Positions 53,346-64,000 of a DNA stretch of 64,000 bases are shown here, in pieces. This DNA is from Octopus bimaculoides (Eukaryota). The notes under the pieces are model-generated. The model searched no databases. It saw nothing but the letters and a program-made list of their open reading frames with translations, and had not been told where the DNA came from. The number at the start of each line of letters is the position of its first letter. Positions within the stretch are counted from its first letter, which is position 1. The stretch spans positions 26,044,103 to 26,108,102 of the forward strand of contig NC_069006.1 in NCBI RefSeq assembly GCF_001194135.2, read 5' to 3'. Position numbers and translations under genes: made by a program.

Positions 53346-54289
53346 TCTATAATGTCCACAATGACCCTCTTACATTTCACCCGCAACTACACCTTCCTAA
53401 TAAATTTTGCTCACATCAACAACAATAACACCTTTATTGGTGATTTTGATTTCACATTTCAACCTCCGCCTCCTCCACTGCTCCTCCCCTCCAAAGATAC
53501 TGGTCATAGTACAAACATCAGCCCATCTGTTGGCATTTATTGACCAAAAACTCAGCAGGTTTTAGCATTCGATCGAATATTAAAATCACAACAACAACCA
53601 TAATAATAATAATAATAATAATAATATTTTAAAAAGGATTGACGTAACTCTTCACAAAGGTAAACAGTCAAGATGAAGGGCGCGATTCGACTGTAAGCTA
53701 TTTTATTGGTTATAGAAAATCTATAGATTATCACTTCAAATGTGTGTGTGTGTGTGTGTGTGTGTAATAGAAACTACAATTTGTGGTTTCTTAATGCCAT
53801 TCTGCATTTGGCCTACAATCAAGATAACCATCTTTGAGACGATGTCGAAATTTTGAGTCTTCTACAAGCGATTCCACTCTGTTGTTCACCAAGTGAACAG
53901 AGAGATAATATCTCTTAAGACTGGTTTGTATTGTATAATGAGTTTTAATTACTCTGAATTGCTTAATTAGTATCTGCTTAGTGGTTAGAAGGAAGTGAAT
54001 ATGATAGGTGTGGGTTTGCGTGGTGGTAGTAGTGGTGGTGGTGGTGGTGGTGGTAGCAGTAGTAATTAGCCAAAGTAGGGTGACTTCCAATTGCTCTGAA
54101 TAAATTAACTGAGATGCTATTAGACACATCTAAATGTCTAAACTAAACTGTTGACATAATAGGAGGGAAATTACTCAGGAATGCCATCTGTAGAGAGATA
54201 TATAGTTAAGTGCATGCTAACATTTGCTGTTAGTGTGCCTTGTATTTTTTTAAAGATAATACATACAAAATGGGGGGGGGTGAGCTGTT

Positions 54290-54464
54290 TTATGTTCAGA
54301 GTGGCCAGATCCAGCCTCTCACACCTGCCCTGCAATGTCATTCTAAAAATAAACAGTTACATCATTGAAATCTCAAAACTGTGAGATAATGCAAGATTAA
54401 TTAAAAACAATGTGAATAAATAAGTTTTACATTTGAACGAGAAATCAGAATGCTAAAGGGATAA
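54290..54464 (-). mobile_element. TTAA-ended MITE family copy
   Basis: Near-duplicate of 52845-52975; ends aatgctaaaggg. Confidence 0.7.
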
Positions 54465-56379
54465 AAAAAAAAGATAAATTTGTTGAAGAATTTTATGATA
54501 CAATAAAAAAAATAAAAATTTAGTTAAAAATAAACCAGAATCTAGGGTCAGTCAGTTTCTAATTGAGCCGTTCCTTTCTGAAGTGTGTGTCACAATTGAA
54601 TCCAGTTCTTTGAAATGGTAAAAATGAAAGGAATCCATTCAAGTGCTTTTAACAATAGCTGTTTGTAAATGTTAAGTAGCACCTGTTGTTTTTGTTGTTT
54701 TAATCTCATCATGATAAGAGAAACTTGGAGAATCATTTGAATCATTTCAAATGAGATTAAATGTTTTGCACTTCACACATTCTCTATACATTATCAGGAA
54801 AAATACAGCAACTCAACACAATTAATCAATTGATTTTTACATGAATTTCATTTTAAAACTGTTTGATGCTTTGCAAAATTATGCAATTAACCAAATAAAA
54901 AACAATTATCTGGTATGCAATTAAGTAGAGTCAAATGATATATGTACGGAGACATAAGCTTTTAACGGTTCCAGCCAGTGGACTGTTAACCACACTGGTT
55001 AGGTTTCAGGACCTCTTCACCTGCTAGAAATGGCAGCCAAATCTCCCTTATCTCTCTCTCTCTCGCTCTGACATACACACACACACACACACATATAAAA
55101 GTAAGATTGGTCATGATTGGAACGCTTTTGATCATTGGTTGTTCAACCTTGCCTAAAATAGAGGCAATGGTCAAAGCTAAATACTAATGACTGTGTGTGT
55201 GTGTGTAAGCGTTTGTATGTATGTAAGTGGTGGTTATTTGTTAATTAGAACAGGGGGCTCCAACCACCAGAAAAAGCTTGGTGACTTCTGACTTAGAGAA
55301 CCACTACCATGGCATACACAGTATGGTCATCTGGGTATTTTAGTGTCCAGGCAGTTCCTGTGTACCTGCTATTGTTTGACCATAGGTCAGTTTCATCAAA
55401 GCAGACTTATGGTCAAACACATTCCATGTGTGACCAGAATACGAGGTGATTTGGCTGCTCTGCCTAGCAAGGCCAAGTGACCTTGTAAGGTACAAAAACC
55501 ATAACTGCAGTCCAAGGCCCAGTGAATGAAATGGAGTTTAGGAGACATACCATACTTGGGCTCCTGGTGACAATACATCTTGCTTGTATTTAATGGTTTA
55601 GAAAAAGGGCTTGGAAGAAGTAATACACCCCCCCCCCCCATCCTGCATCATCTTAAGGTATGGATACACTGGACAGTTGTTGCCACAGGTCCAAGGACAC
55701 CACAAATCTAAGCGCCAATTCTGATCTATGTATACCATGGTTTGCTATCAATAAATAAATACTAGAGGGCTCAGAGCATTGATTTGCTTGGGAGCCTCGT
55801 GTGTCTCAGGGCCTAATCAGACCTATGTATGCTGTAATTTGTTGCCAATAAATAAATACTATAGGACTGAGTATATTGGGAACCTCACAGGTGTAGGGGC
55901 GTACTTCAAATCGATGAAGGGCCCAGTGCATTGAGTTGTCTGGAGGCCAATAATATGGCTAAGATGGCCCTAACCCCATCCCTGATAAAACTCTCTCTGA
56001 GGATACCCTGCCTAATGCATTCTGAATACAGTACTTGGATCTGATGAAATGATTGTATAGGCTGGGCAGGCCATAATGTTGTTGTTATTTGTGTGTGTTT
56101 AATGGAGCCTGTGTGGGAGTGGTAGCGAGATATGCTTGATGTTTTGTATGTGTAGTTGTCTATCGGACGGCGGCGGTGGTGATGGTGGTGGTGGTGGTTG
56201 TAGTAGTAGTAGGCAACACCAGCAGTATATTACAGTCACTAAACTAAATTTGTCTACTCATTATTGACAATACAAAAGTCACTGGAAATATTTGGACAAG
56301 AAAAAAGAAAGACTACGGTTGACAGGAAGTAGATTCCACTTGTTAAACACTCAACATACGTATACATACCTATACACAC

Positions 56380-56878
56380 ACACACACACACACACAGAGA
56401 CAGACGTCAGAATGACATATCTGTCGTGATCCTGAGAAACTGGCTTCTGAGCGCTCTTCTTCTTCTTCTTCAAATGGTGGTGGTTGTTGGTTCTTAAAGG
56501 AAATAATTATTAAAACATTGCAGTCGCTCATAAAAGCATGTCAAGTATTTCTCTACGATGTTATGAAGCTATTTGGCAAGGAAATCATCCAGCCCTTTAT
56601 TATAACATTAGCAACCTGGACTTCGTAGCACTGGGTTCATTTATCGGATTTTCTTATTCGGGAAATTTTTACCGATTGCAAACAACAAGTCTTCGAGTTT
56701 GGTGACGTCCACAGGAACGTTACAAGGAAACACACACTCAAACGCATACACACTCTTCACACACACAACAAACACACACACGTGTTAGCAAGTTAATCGT
56801 CAGAAAACGTTTTGATCTTATAAGATTTTTGCTGGTTTCAAAACCTTTTCTTTTAATTCTCTTGTCTCTAATCTGAAC

Positions 56879-56912
<34 letters not shown>

Positions 56913-56998
56913 TGTATGATTAATGTAAACATTTAGGTGTGTAAACTGCGATTCGTAACAGCTGACTTGAAGAGGAAGTGTGTGCACACACATACATC

Positions 56999-57034
<36 letters not shown>

Positions 57035-57196
57035 CTGTTGCTCCTTCCAGCAGTTGTCATAAGAACTTGCAGCAGGTAAAACATTTGAAACTGGTCAAAA
57101 CCACCGGTCCTTAACCGCTAATCAAGATCTTTCTAAACATATATACTTATGTAGATATAATATCTATATCTGTGTATATACTAATTGTATTTCGAC
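56380..57196 (+). promoter_or_regulatory. Candidate promoter/5' UTR of the 57197 exon, with CRE-like sites
   Basis: CpG-enriched and TE-poor; GACGTCA 56403 and TGACGTC 56703. Confidence 0.35.
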
Positions 57197-57375
57197 ATGT
57201 CTTTGGAGGACAAATATTTACCGGCCGAAACCTGGTCCCTGTCGTCGTCGTCCAGCGAGGACCTTCACGGCGCAGGCGAGGACGACGGCGGCGGCGGCGG
57301 CGCCGATCAGCGACGATCCAAAAAGAAAATGTCGCGGATTAAAAGACATTCGTCCCTCTTGAAGAAACTACTCAG
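57197..57375 (+). CDS. Candidate alternative first coding exon (MSLEDKYLPAETWSLSSSSSEDLHGAGEDDGGGGGADQRRSKKKMSRIKRHSSLLKKLL, phase 2), unidentified gene
   Basis: GC/CpG-rich open frame with an upstream in-frame TAA (57182) and purine at -3. Donor AG|GTAGGT at 57376 sits just before the stop; the peptide is protein-like. Confidence 0.6.
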
Positions 57376-57875
57376 GTAGGTACCAATCCCAACCATGACC
57401 ATCACCCCCCACCGACTACTATTTTTACAACTTTAATTTACTTCGAATAAGTTTCTTTTTTGTGACTTTCTACTTTCTCTTCGCCTCTCCACGTTTTATG
57501 ACTAATTCATTCACCTGTCCAGGTGTACCCATGCTTTATTTCTCTCTCTCTCTCTCACGCACGCTGCTAAAAATAACAGCTAAATCTCCCTCGGATGATC
57601 TCACTGTACCGCCGTCAGTTAAGGACAGTTTCCAGCCCGTCGCTGAGGGGGTTCACTGGACGGCACTGTACCCAACGCTCCTCATTATTCAATGGTACAC
57701 CCTTACATCTATTGTGATACACTGATTTCGAAACTCCGCAGCAAAGTCTGGGGACCGACCCGGACGGTTTCCATAATGTAGGCCTCAGTCCGACTCCCTC
57801 GCACAGTGGAGGCGCATGGAATGTCACTGTTGGAATGTCTTGCTTTGTTCGACCACGACTGACCTGGGGCTAAGC

Positions 57876-57925
<50 letters not shown>

Positions 57926-58225
57926 ATATATATATATATATAAATATATACATATATATATATATACATATGTAATATATATAAAATCTTCCCTTTTAAG
58001 GTCACCATATTTCTTTCGCTTCCTTTTCCTCACTTTTCTTTTCCTTTAAAATAGATACGGTATGTTGACAAATATGTTGTGTCTATATAAGTATGTGTGT
58101 GTATAAAAAACACCGACATTGTGTGTTTAAATTCGTTCGTGTTTGTTATGATGTATATAAGTTGCCCACGCATAAACATTCATTTCTAGTGTATAATGTG
58201 TTTAATACACGCATTCCTAATGCGT

Positions 58226-58320
58226 GTGTGTGTATACACATGCATATACATACGTGTGTGTGTATACACATGCATATACATACGTGTGTGTGTGTATATA
58301 TATACATGCATACGCGTGTA
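58226..58320. repeat. 30-bp tandem repeat x3
   Basis: gtgtgtgtatacacatgcatatacatacgt units. Confidence 0.7.
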
Positions 58321-58506
58321 TGTGGATGTAATCTGTCAATTATGTAACCCTACAAGTCGTCTAAGAAAGTTCCACATTTTTATTTGTTCCATTTTGTCTG
58401 GATTTGTTTGGTTCAGGGTGTGTTTTGTTTGTTTTGTTTGTGTATGTGTGTGGTGCTTATTATGTGTATGCATGTATGTAATGTGTGTGTGTGTGTGTTG
58501 TTTGTC

Positions 58507-58547
<41 letters not shown>

Positions 58548-59956
58548 TCCCTTCTTTCTGTTATGTCCCACCAAAAGAAATAAAACCAATTATTTTTCTC
58601 CCTCACACCTTAAAAGCCACGCTTCGCTGACCTTGAATCGATTTCAGCAAATAATATTTAACAAACAATATTAAAGAAATGAAAAAAAGAAAGAGAGAGA
58701 AAGATGGGGGGAGGGGATACGTTTTACACAGGACTTCTGTTGATTCTTTTAAATTTTTGACGTGAATCAAAAATAAAATACAATTTTCTGATAAAACCAA
58801 AAATATTATNNNNNNNNNNNNNNNNNNNNNNNNNNNNNNNNNNNNNNNNNNNNNNNNNNNNNNNNNNNNNNNNNNNNNNNNNNNNNNNNNNNNNNNNNNN
58901 NNNNNNNNNNNNNNNNNNNNNNNNNNNNNNNNNNNNNNNNNNNNNNNNNNNNNNNNNNNNNNNNNNNNNNNNNNNNNNNNNNNNNNNNNNNNNNNNNNNN
59001 NNNNNNNNNNNNNNNNNNNNNNNNNNNNNNNNNNNNNNNNNNNNNNNNNNNNNNNNNNNNNNNNNNGTGAGCGCAAAAAGGCCGAGAGAGGATCTTTATC
59101 TGTATATTTACAACTTTCACATCCTCCTTGTTTGTCTTGACAAAGCGACTTGTTTAAATTGTATTTACAAAACATTATTCGTTGTATTCCTCTCCACCGT
59201 CCCCCCGCTCTGTCCCTCTTTTGTCAAAGCCTGAACTTCAAGCTGACCAACCAGCGTGCCTCCACGTAGTCATTTGATCTGCTAGAAATAACAGTCGAGT
59301 TTCCCTTAAATCACACTTTACTCTCAGTGTCAGATTTAGATGAAGAGAGATTCCATCTTAACGGTCTACGACAGTCTCACAGCTATTAGCAGTTTAGCAT
59401 TCAGCATATTCTGTCAAATGTTATGCTTATTTATTCACATTGTTCAATGTGACACAATATACTTAGCGCTCATCCTAACTCAATAGATTGGCGTCACACA
59501 TGTTCACTTTTATCTCTGAAAGATTACCAAGAATTATTATTAACTGGAAATTATCTTCCATTTTACAGTTTTTCATTTTATTTTTATCTGTTCACTCAGG
59601 AAGAGGAGTTACGATAGCACTGTGGACCATTTTCGGTGGGGATGGGGGCAGATTTGGATATGATAAGAGGAAAGGGGGAAGTTTTTTGACCTGAATGTTT
59701 CCTAGAGAGTGGGCCTTGTTAAAGGCACCCAAGGCCCAGGAGGGGAGATGTCGTTGAATTGGGGGAACAGCTTGAGTCTTCCAAGAATCAGACCATCCCC
59801 TCTTACAATCTTCCTCACAGTTTCCCTCTACATGATTATAACTAACAAGGCATTGGTCAAATGAACCCTAACCCAAGGGGACACACAGGTTGAGATTGAA
59901 CTCTAAATCCGGTGGCTGCAAAGGAAGCTCCTTAAATGCACAGCCCCGACATTTTA

Positions 59957-60283
59957 GTTGGCATTCCCTTGTTTGCGACGACGAGGGTTCCAGTTGATCC
60001 AATCAATGGAACAGCCTGCTCATGAAATTAACATGCAAGTGGCTGAATACTCCACAGACACACATACCCTTAATGTAGTTCTTAGGGAGATTCAGTGAGA
60101 CACAGCATGTGACAAGGCTTGTCCCTGTGAATTACAGGTACAACTCATTTTTGACAGCTGAGTAGACTGGAGCAGCGTGAAATAAAGGGTCTTGCTCAAG
60201 GACACAGTGCTTTGCTAGGAATTGAACTCATGACCTTGCAATTGTGAGTTGAATACCCCTAACCACTAAGCCATGCACCTTCA
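59957..60283 (-). mobile_element. tRNA-derived SINE family C, near full length
   Basis: Minus strand: A/B boxes (gcatggcttagtggttagg...gagttcaattcc), central core and tail ggaaccctcgtcgtcgc...gccaac. Confidence 0.85.
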
Positions 60284-61797
60284 CACTATATTTTAGTATA
60301 AACAATCTCGTTAGTCAGTTTGATTAATGACTGGTGATAATTAAGAGCATAGCTTTTTCAGACTCTACTTGAGAATCCTAAAATTTGTTATGGTTCTGTA
60401 AATAAAAACAGCAGAATGTGAAGTTATGGGCCNNNNNNNNNNAGAAAAATTGAAGAGGAAGAAGAGGAGTACAAGAGGTGGAAGTAATAAGTAAATTAAA
60501 ACTGAATTATCCCCAAAGTAGAGGGTCGTAAAATGTTGTTTAGACACACATAAACAGACATTCCATTCTCGTTAGTTAACGAGGTGGTTCTGTATGAGAA
60601 TTTATTCTTATTTTCGTAACCACTTTTCAAAAATTGCTTGTATTTGTGGTTTGTTGTTTTAGATTTTGTTTAAGAATGGATAATTGGTGCGCACATGTGA
60701 AAGTGCATCTCCCAGTGTGCACATTTGTATCTGGAGATGGCCAACACATCAAAAAGAAAAACAAACAAAAAAACCCAAACAAACGAGTGTATTTAATTGT
60801 CCTGATTAGTATATCCACTAGATTCAATATGTAACAGGGTGTTCCTTTGTTTGGTGAATCATTTAGAGTTAATTACACCACAATTAAATGGGCTGTCATT
60901 TCTGAATCCAAATAAATTTGTGTGTCTGACTCACTCTGGACTGTGAAAGAATTCATATTTTGCTGATGAATACGTTTTTTTTTTTGTCTTTTTTTTGTTA
61001 TTTTATTCCTTTTAAAAATATATTTCATATATTTTTTAATGGTTTTTATAACTAGTAAATATTGCTGAATAAATTCTTTCTAAAGGCCGCTACAAGAAAT
61101 GCATTTATGCATTTCTCCCAGCAATTATATCCACGTACACATGCATAATAAGAGTTTGGTTAATACTGAATTTTTCATACCAATCTACCCAAAACTGCCT
61201 CTGGTTCTATGAATGCTCCAAAATATCTGCTTAATAATAACTAAGTTATTTTATTATGCATGAAGGTGCATGGTTCACCCCCAACATCACTTGACAACCA
61301 ATGTTGGTGTGTTTACGTCCCCATAACTCCAGTTGTCTGCTGAGCAGAAATTAGTGTACTGACTGAGTACAAGATTACTCCGGATGATATGGAAGTGAGA
61401 AACCCTAAATGTGGAATGTGTGTGTGTTGGGATGAGGACCATAACCAGTTATTAGAATGTGCTGTGGCCATCATCACTTCCCTGGTTCACCACTAACTAT
61501 TTTGTCTCAGGTCTTTCTTTCAAGAATGTTGACCTTCTTCAATAATTTTCCAACAATTCATCTGTTTCCTGCAGCTGTTCATGAACTAGATTAACCATGT
61601 TGATCTCAACAGTCCCTTGGAGGCCCGGCCATTAGCATAGTTTATTCCACTTATACATTGTCTTGCACCATTCCTTGGTCTCCAGCTGCACACATCTATC
61701 TTTTGAATTTACAAAAAAAAAAGAAAAGAAAAAAGGCGTCTACCACAGATGGACAAAGCTATTATGTAGCATACGACGATGATGATGATGATGATGA

Positions 61798-61900
61798 TGG
61801 GCCTTTCTACTATAGTCTCCAGGCCTGAAATTTTGTGGGAGGAGACTAGTCGATTACATTGACCCCAGTGTTTCACTGGTACTTAATTTATCTCATTCGA
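61798..61900 (-). mobile_element. SINE family B, 3' part
   Basis: ggcctgaaattt...gtcgattacattgaccccagtg...ggtacttaattta. Confidence 0.75.
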
Positions 61901-61910
61901 AGGTGGAACA

Positions 61911-62024
61911 GACTGTCATCTCTTCGGCCCCATGAAAGAGGGTTTGAGAGGCAAACATTATTCCAGTGACGAGGAAGTGAAAACTGTAGTGAATAAGTGG
62001 CTGAAAGAACAGTCAACAGAATTT
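61911..62024 (+). mobile_element. mariner transposase C-terminal fragment
   Basis: Translates DCHLFGPMKEGLRGKHYSSDEEVKTVVNKWLKEQSTEF, matching the region after the mariner YSPDLAPSD motif (D.HLF..MK..L.G..F...EEV...V..W). Confidence 0.85.
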
Positions 62025-62664
62025 GCAATATAATGAATATAAAATATCTATAGTAATGATTGATAATAATAATAATAATAAAATTTACTTAATATATTAA
62101 ATTTATATTCTATACATAAAGAATATACATCCCATGTGGTATATATATGTGGTGTGTGTAGAGATCACCTGTGATTGTAGGTGATAATTATTGGATTCTT
62201 ACGGTACATGTGAGAAATGTGAGTTATCAGTTCTTCTGATAGTCATAACCTATTTTCTTGTAAAAGGAAATGTAGGTAAGACTGGTTTCTTGATAATGTC
62301 TTCTAACAGAATAGGGGGAAGTAGTTAGGGGTTAAGAAAGAACTAGTGGTACACCAAAAATAGTTGCTGTTCCCAAAGCCTTATTCTCTTATTATCTATA
62401 ATATCTGATATCAAAGATGTACAACCGTTCTCATATTCACTCCACCCCTCATAAGATCCCTGTTTAAAATCCAATCTTTTATCTCTTAAGATGCAAACTA
62501 TTCAACATTTTTCAGATTTTTCTCTCAGAAATAATGCCACGTAAGGAATTCATTCTTTGTTTTCTTTGATGTAAATCTAATTTTTGCTTTGCACAACAAT
62601 CTATTTATGTTGGACAAGAATTTCTAATAACACATATTCACACACGTATACATATATACATTCA

Positions 62665-62699
<35 letters not shown>

Positions 62700-63321
62700 G
62701 CATGCATTCAGTGAACTTATCTCATTGCTCTTCTTGGGTGGTAAATTTGAGCTGTTGCCAAGTGTGGCACTGTCAAGTAACCCTTACGTGCCTCTTACAG
62801 ATTTTTCTGTGCTGATTGAGTCTCACCTGAACCCTTAATAGAGTCCACACTCTGCATCTTTTGTTTTTGGAAGATAGGGCATCATTAAGCTTTAACTGCT
62901 TGGTCGTTGGGAACCCCTAGGAGAGACCCCCACTCTCTTGTCCACATTGAGATCAAGTCTCCAGTTGAAGGGTCACCCCTAAGTACCATGCTGGTGCAAC
63001 ACCAACAAGCATATTTATTCTGCTACTTTATTGGAGTTTATTTGTTGAACTGCTCAGTTAGGGAATATAAAAAGACATAACACAAACACACACACACATA
63101 CATATTTACACACACACACACACACATATATATATTTATACATAATTAGGATAAAGTCATTAATTAATGATTTATCCAGTGGCCAGTGTACAAAAAACCA
63201 TATGGGTTAAATTATTTAAAGTATGGGATGAATATTTTTATAATTATATTTTTATATATTCATAATTATACTTTAAATATTTATTTTTATTTTTATTTTT
63301 TATAATTATGCTATATGTATA

Positions 63322-63520
63322 TCATCATCATTATCGTTTAATGCCTGTTTTCCATGCTGGCATGGGTTGGGCATTTTAACAGGATCCAGCAAGCCACAGG
63401 ACTGCACCAAGCTCCACTTTCTGCTCTTTGGCATGGTTTCTCTGGCTGGCTGCCCTTCCTGATGCCAACCACTTTACAGTGTGGACTGGGTGCGTTTTAC
63501 ATGACACCAGCACCTGTGAG
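63322..63520 (-). mobile_element. Retroposon family D, 3' part
   Basis: Reverse complement of the tail (catcatc...tttccatgctggcatgggttgg) and ggcatcaggaagggcagcc. Confidence 0.8.
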
Positions 63521-64000
63521 AGGTCATCAAGTAGTTTATATCCCTGACCCTGCTGTGATGTGCCTAGATTTCTAATGAACACTGTAACTAATCTATATAT
63601 TTGTAGATATATGTGCACAGGCCATAGAGAAATCATATTTGATAATGGATATAAGACTGTTAATGTGAGGCCTTTTGTGTTGTTGAGTCATTCACCTTCC
63701 TCTGAGACTCCATAAAAACTGACTGCATTAGCACAGTTTAAAACACTACTGTCCATCCTACATTCTGAGCATTTCCACTCTTCTCCACCCCTATTTCTTA
63801 TCCCTCTACAACTTGTTCTATGAAATAGGTGCAGGCATGGCTGTGCAGTTTAAGAGTTTACTTTTTTGCAGCCCCATGGTTTCGTGTTCAATTCCACTGC
63901 ATGTCACATTGTGTCACTGACTTTTACTATACAGAAGCCCATTGTTTGTGTGTGTGTGTATACATATGTATGTATATATGCTTTATGTATGTGTATGTAT

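Noticed and set aside
57523-57830. GC-rich segment after an acceptor with a good branch point (GACTAAT...ccAG)
   Set aside because: Splicing from 57375 hits a stop after about 20 codons, and the 3' end merges into a family E retroposon tail.
4547-60442. Eleven N-gaps (4547-4639, 14226-15214, 18217-19168, 22192-22396, 26156-26361, 30012-30425, 38514-38577, 40401-40714, 44488-45127, 58810-59066, 60433-60442)
   Set aside because: These are assembly gaps, mostly at microsatellites, not biology. They could hide exons, which limits gene inference.

Overview
AT-rich animal genomic DNA, very dense in microsatellites and short retroposons/MITEs. The repeat families match those I recall from octopus genomes (probably an Octopus draft scaffold; this is inference). 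There are 11 N-gaps totalling about 4.1 kb. No complete protein-coding gene is visible, and most ORF-track entries are artefacts of microsatellites or N-runs. The window looks like the 5' region and long introns of a large + strand gene that I cannot identify. Two CpG-rich islands each carry a short ATG-initiated exon ending at a phase-2 AG|GT donor (23210-23244 MPNIEQLATKQ; 57197-57375 MSLEDKYLPAETW...KKLLR), suggesting alternative first exons. The repeats include several tRNA-derived SINE families, RTE-LINE 3' remnants, a mariner transposase fragment, and Tc1/mariner, pogo, hAT and TTAA-type MITEs. The most notable structures are: a phased array of seven RFX X-box palindromes (6800-7098); a textbook recursive-splice-site motif (49684-49713); a 5S rRNA-headed retroposon chimera (1101-1288); a palindromic array of tRNA-like cassettes (7495-8053); a 178-bp fold-back element (41838-42015); and a candidate 5-nt microexon (58055-58059).
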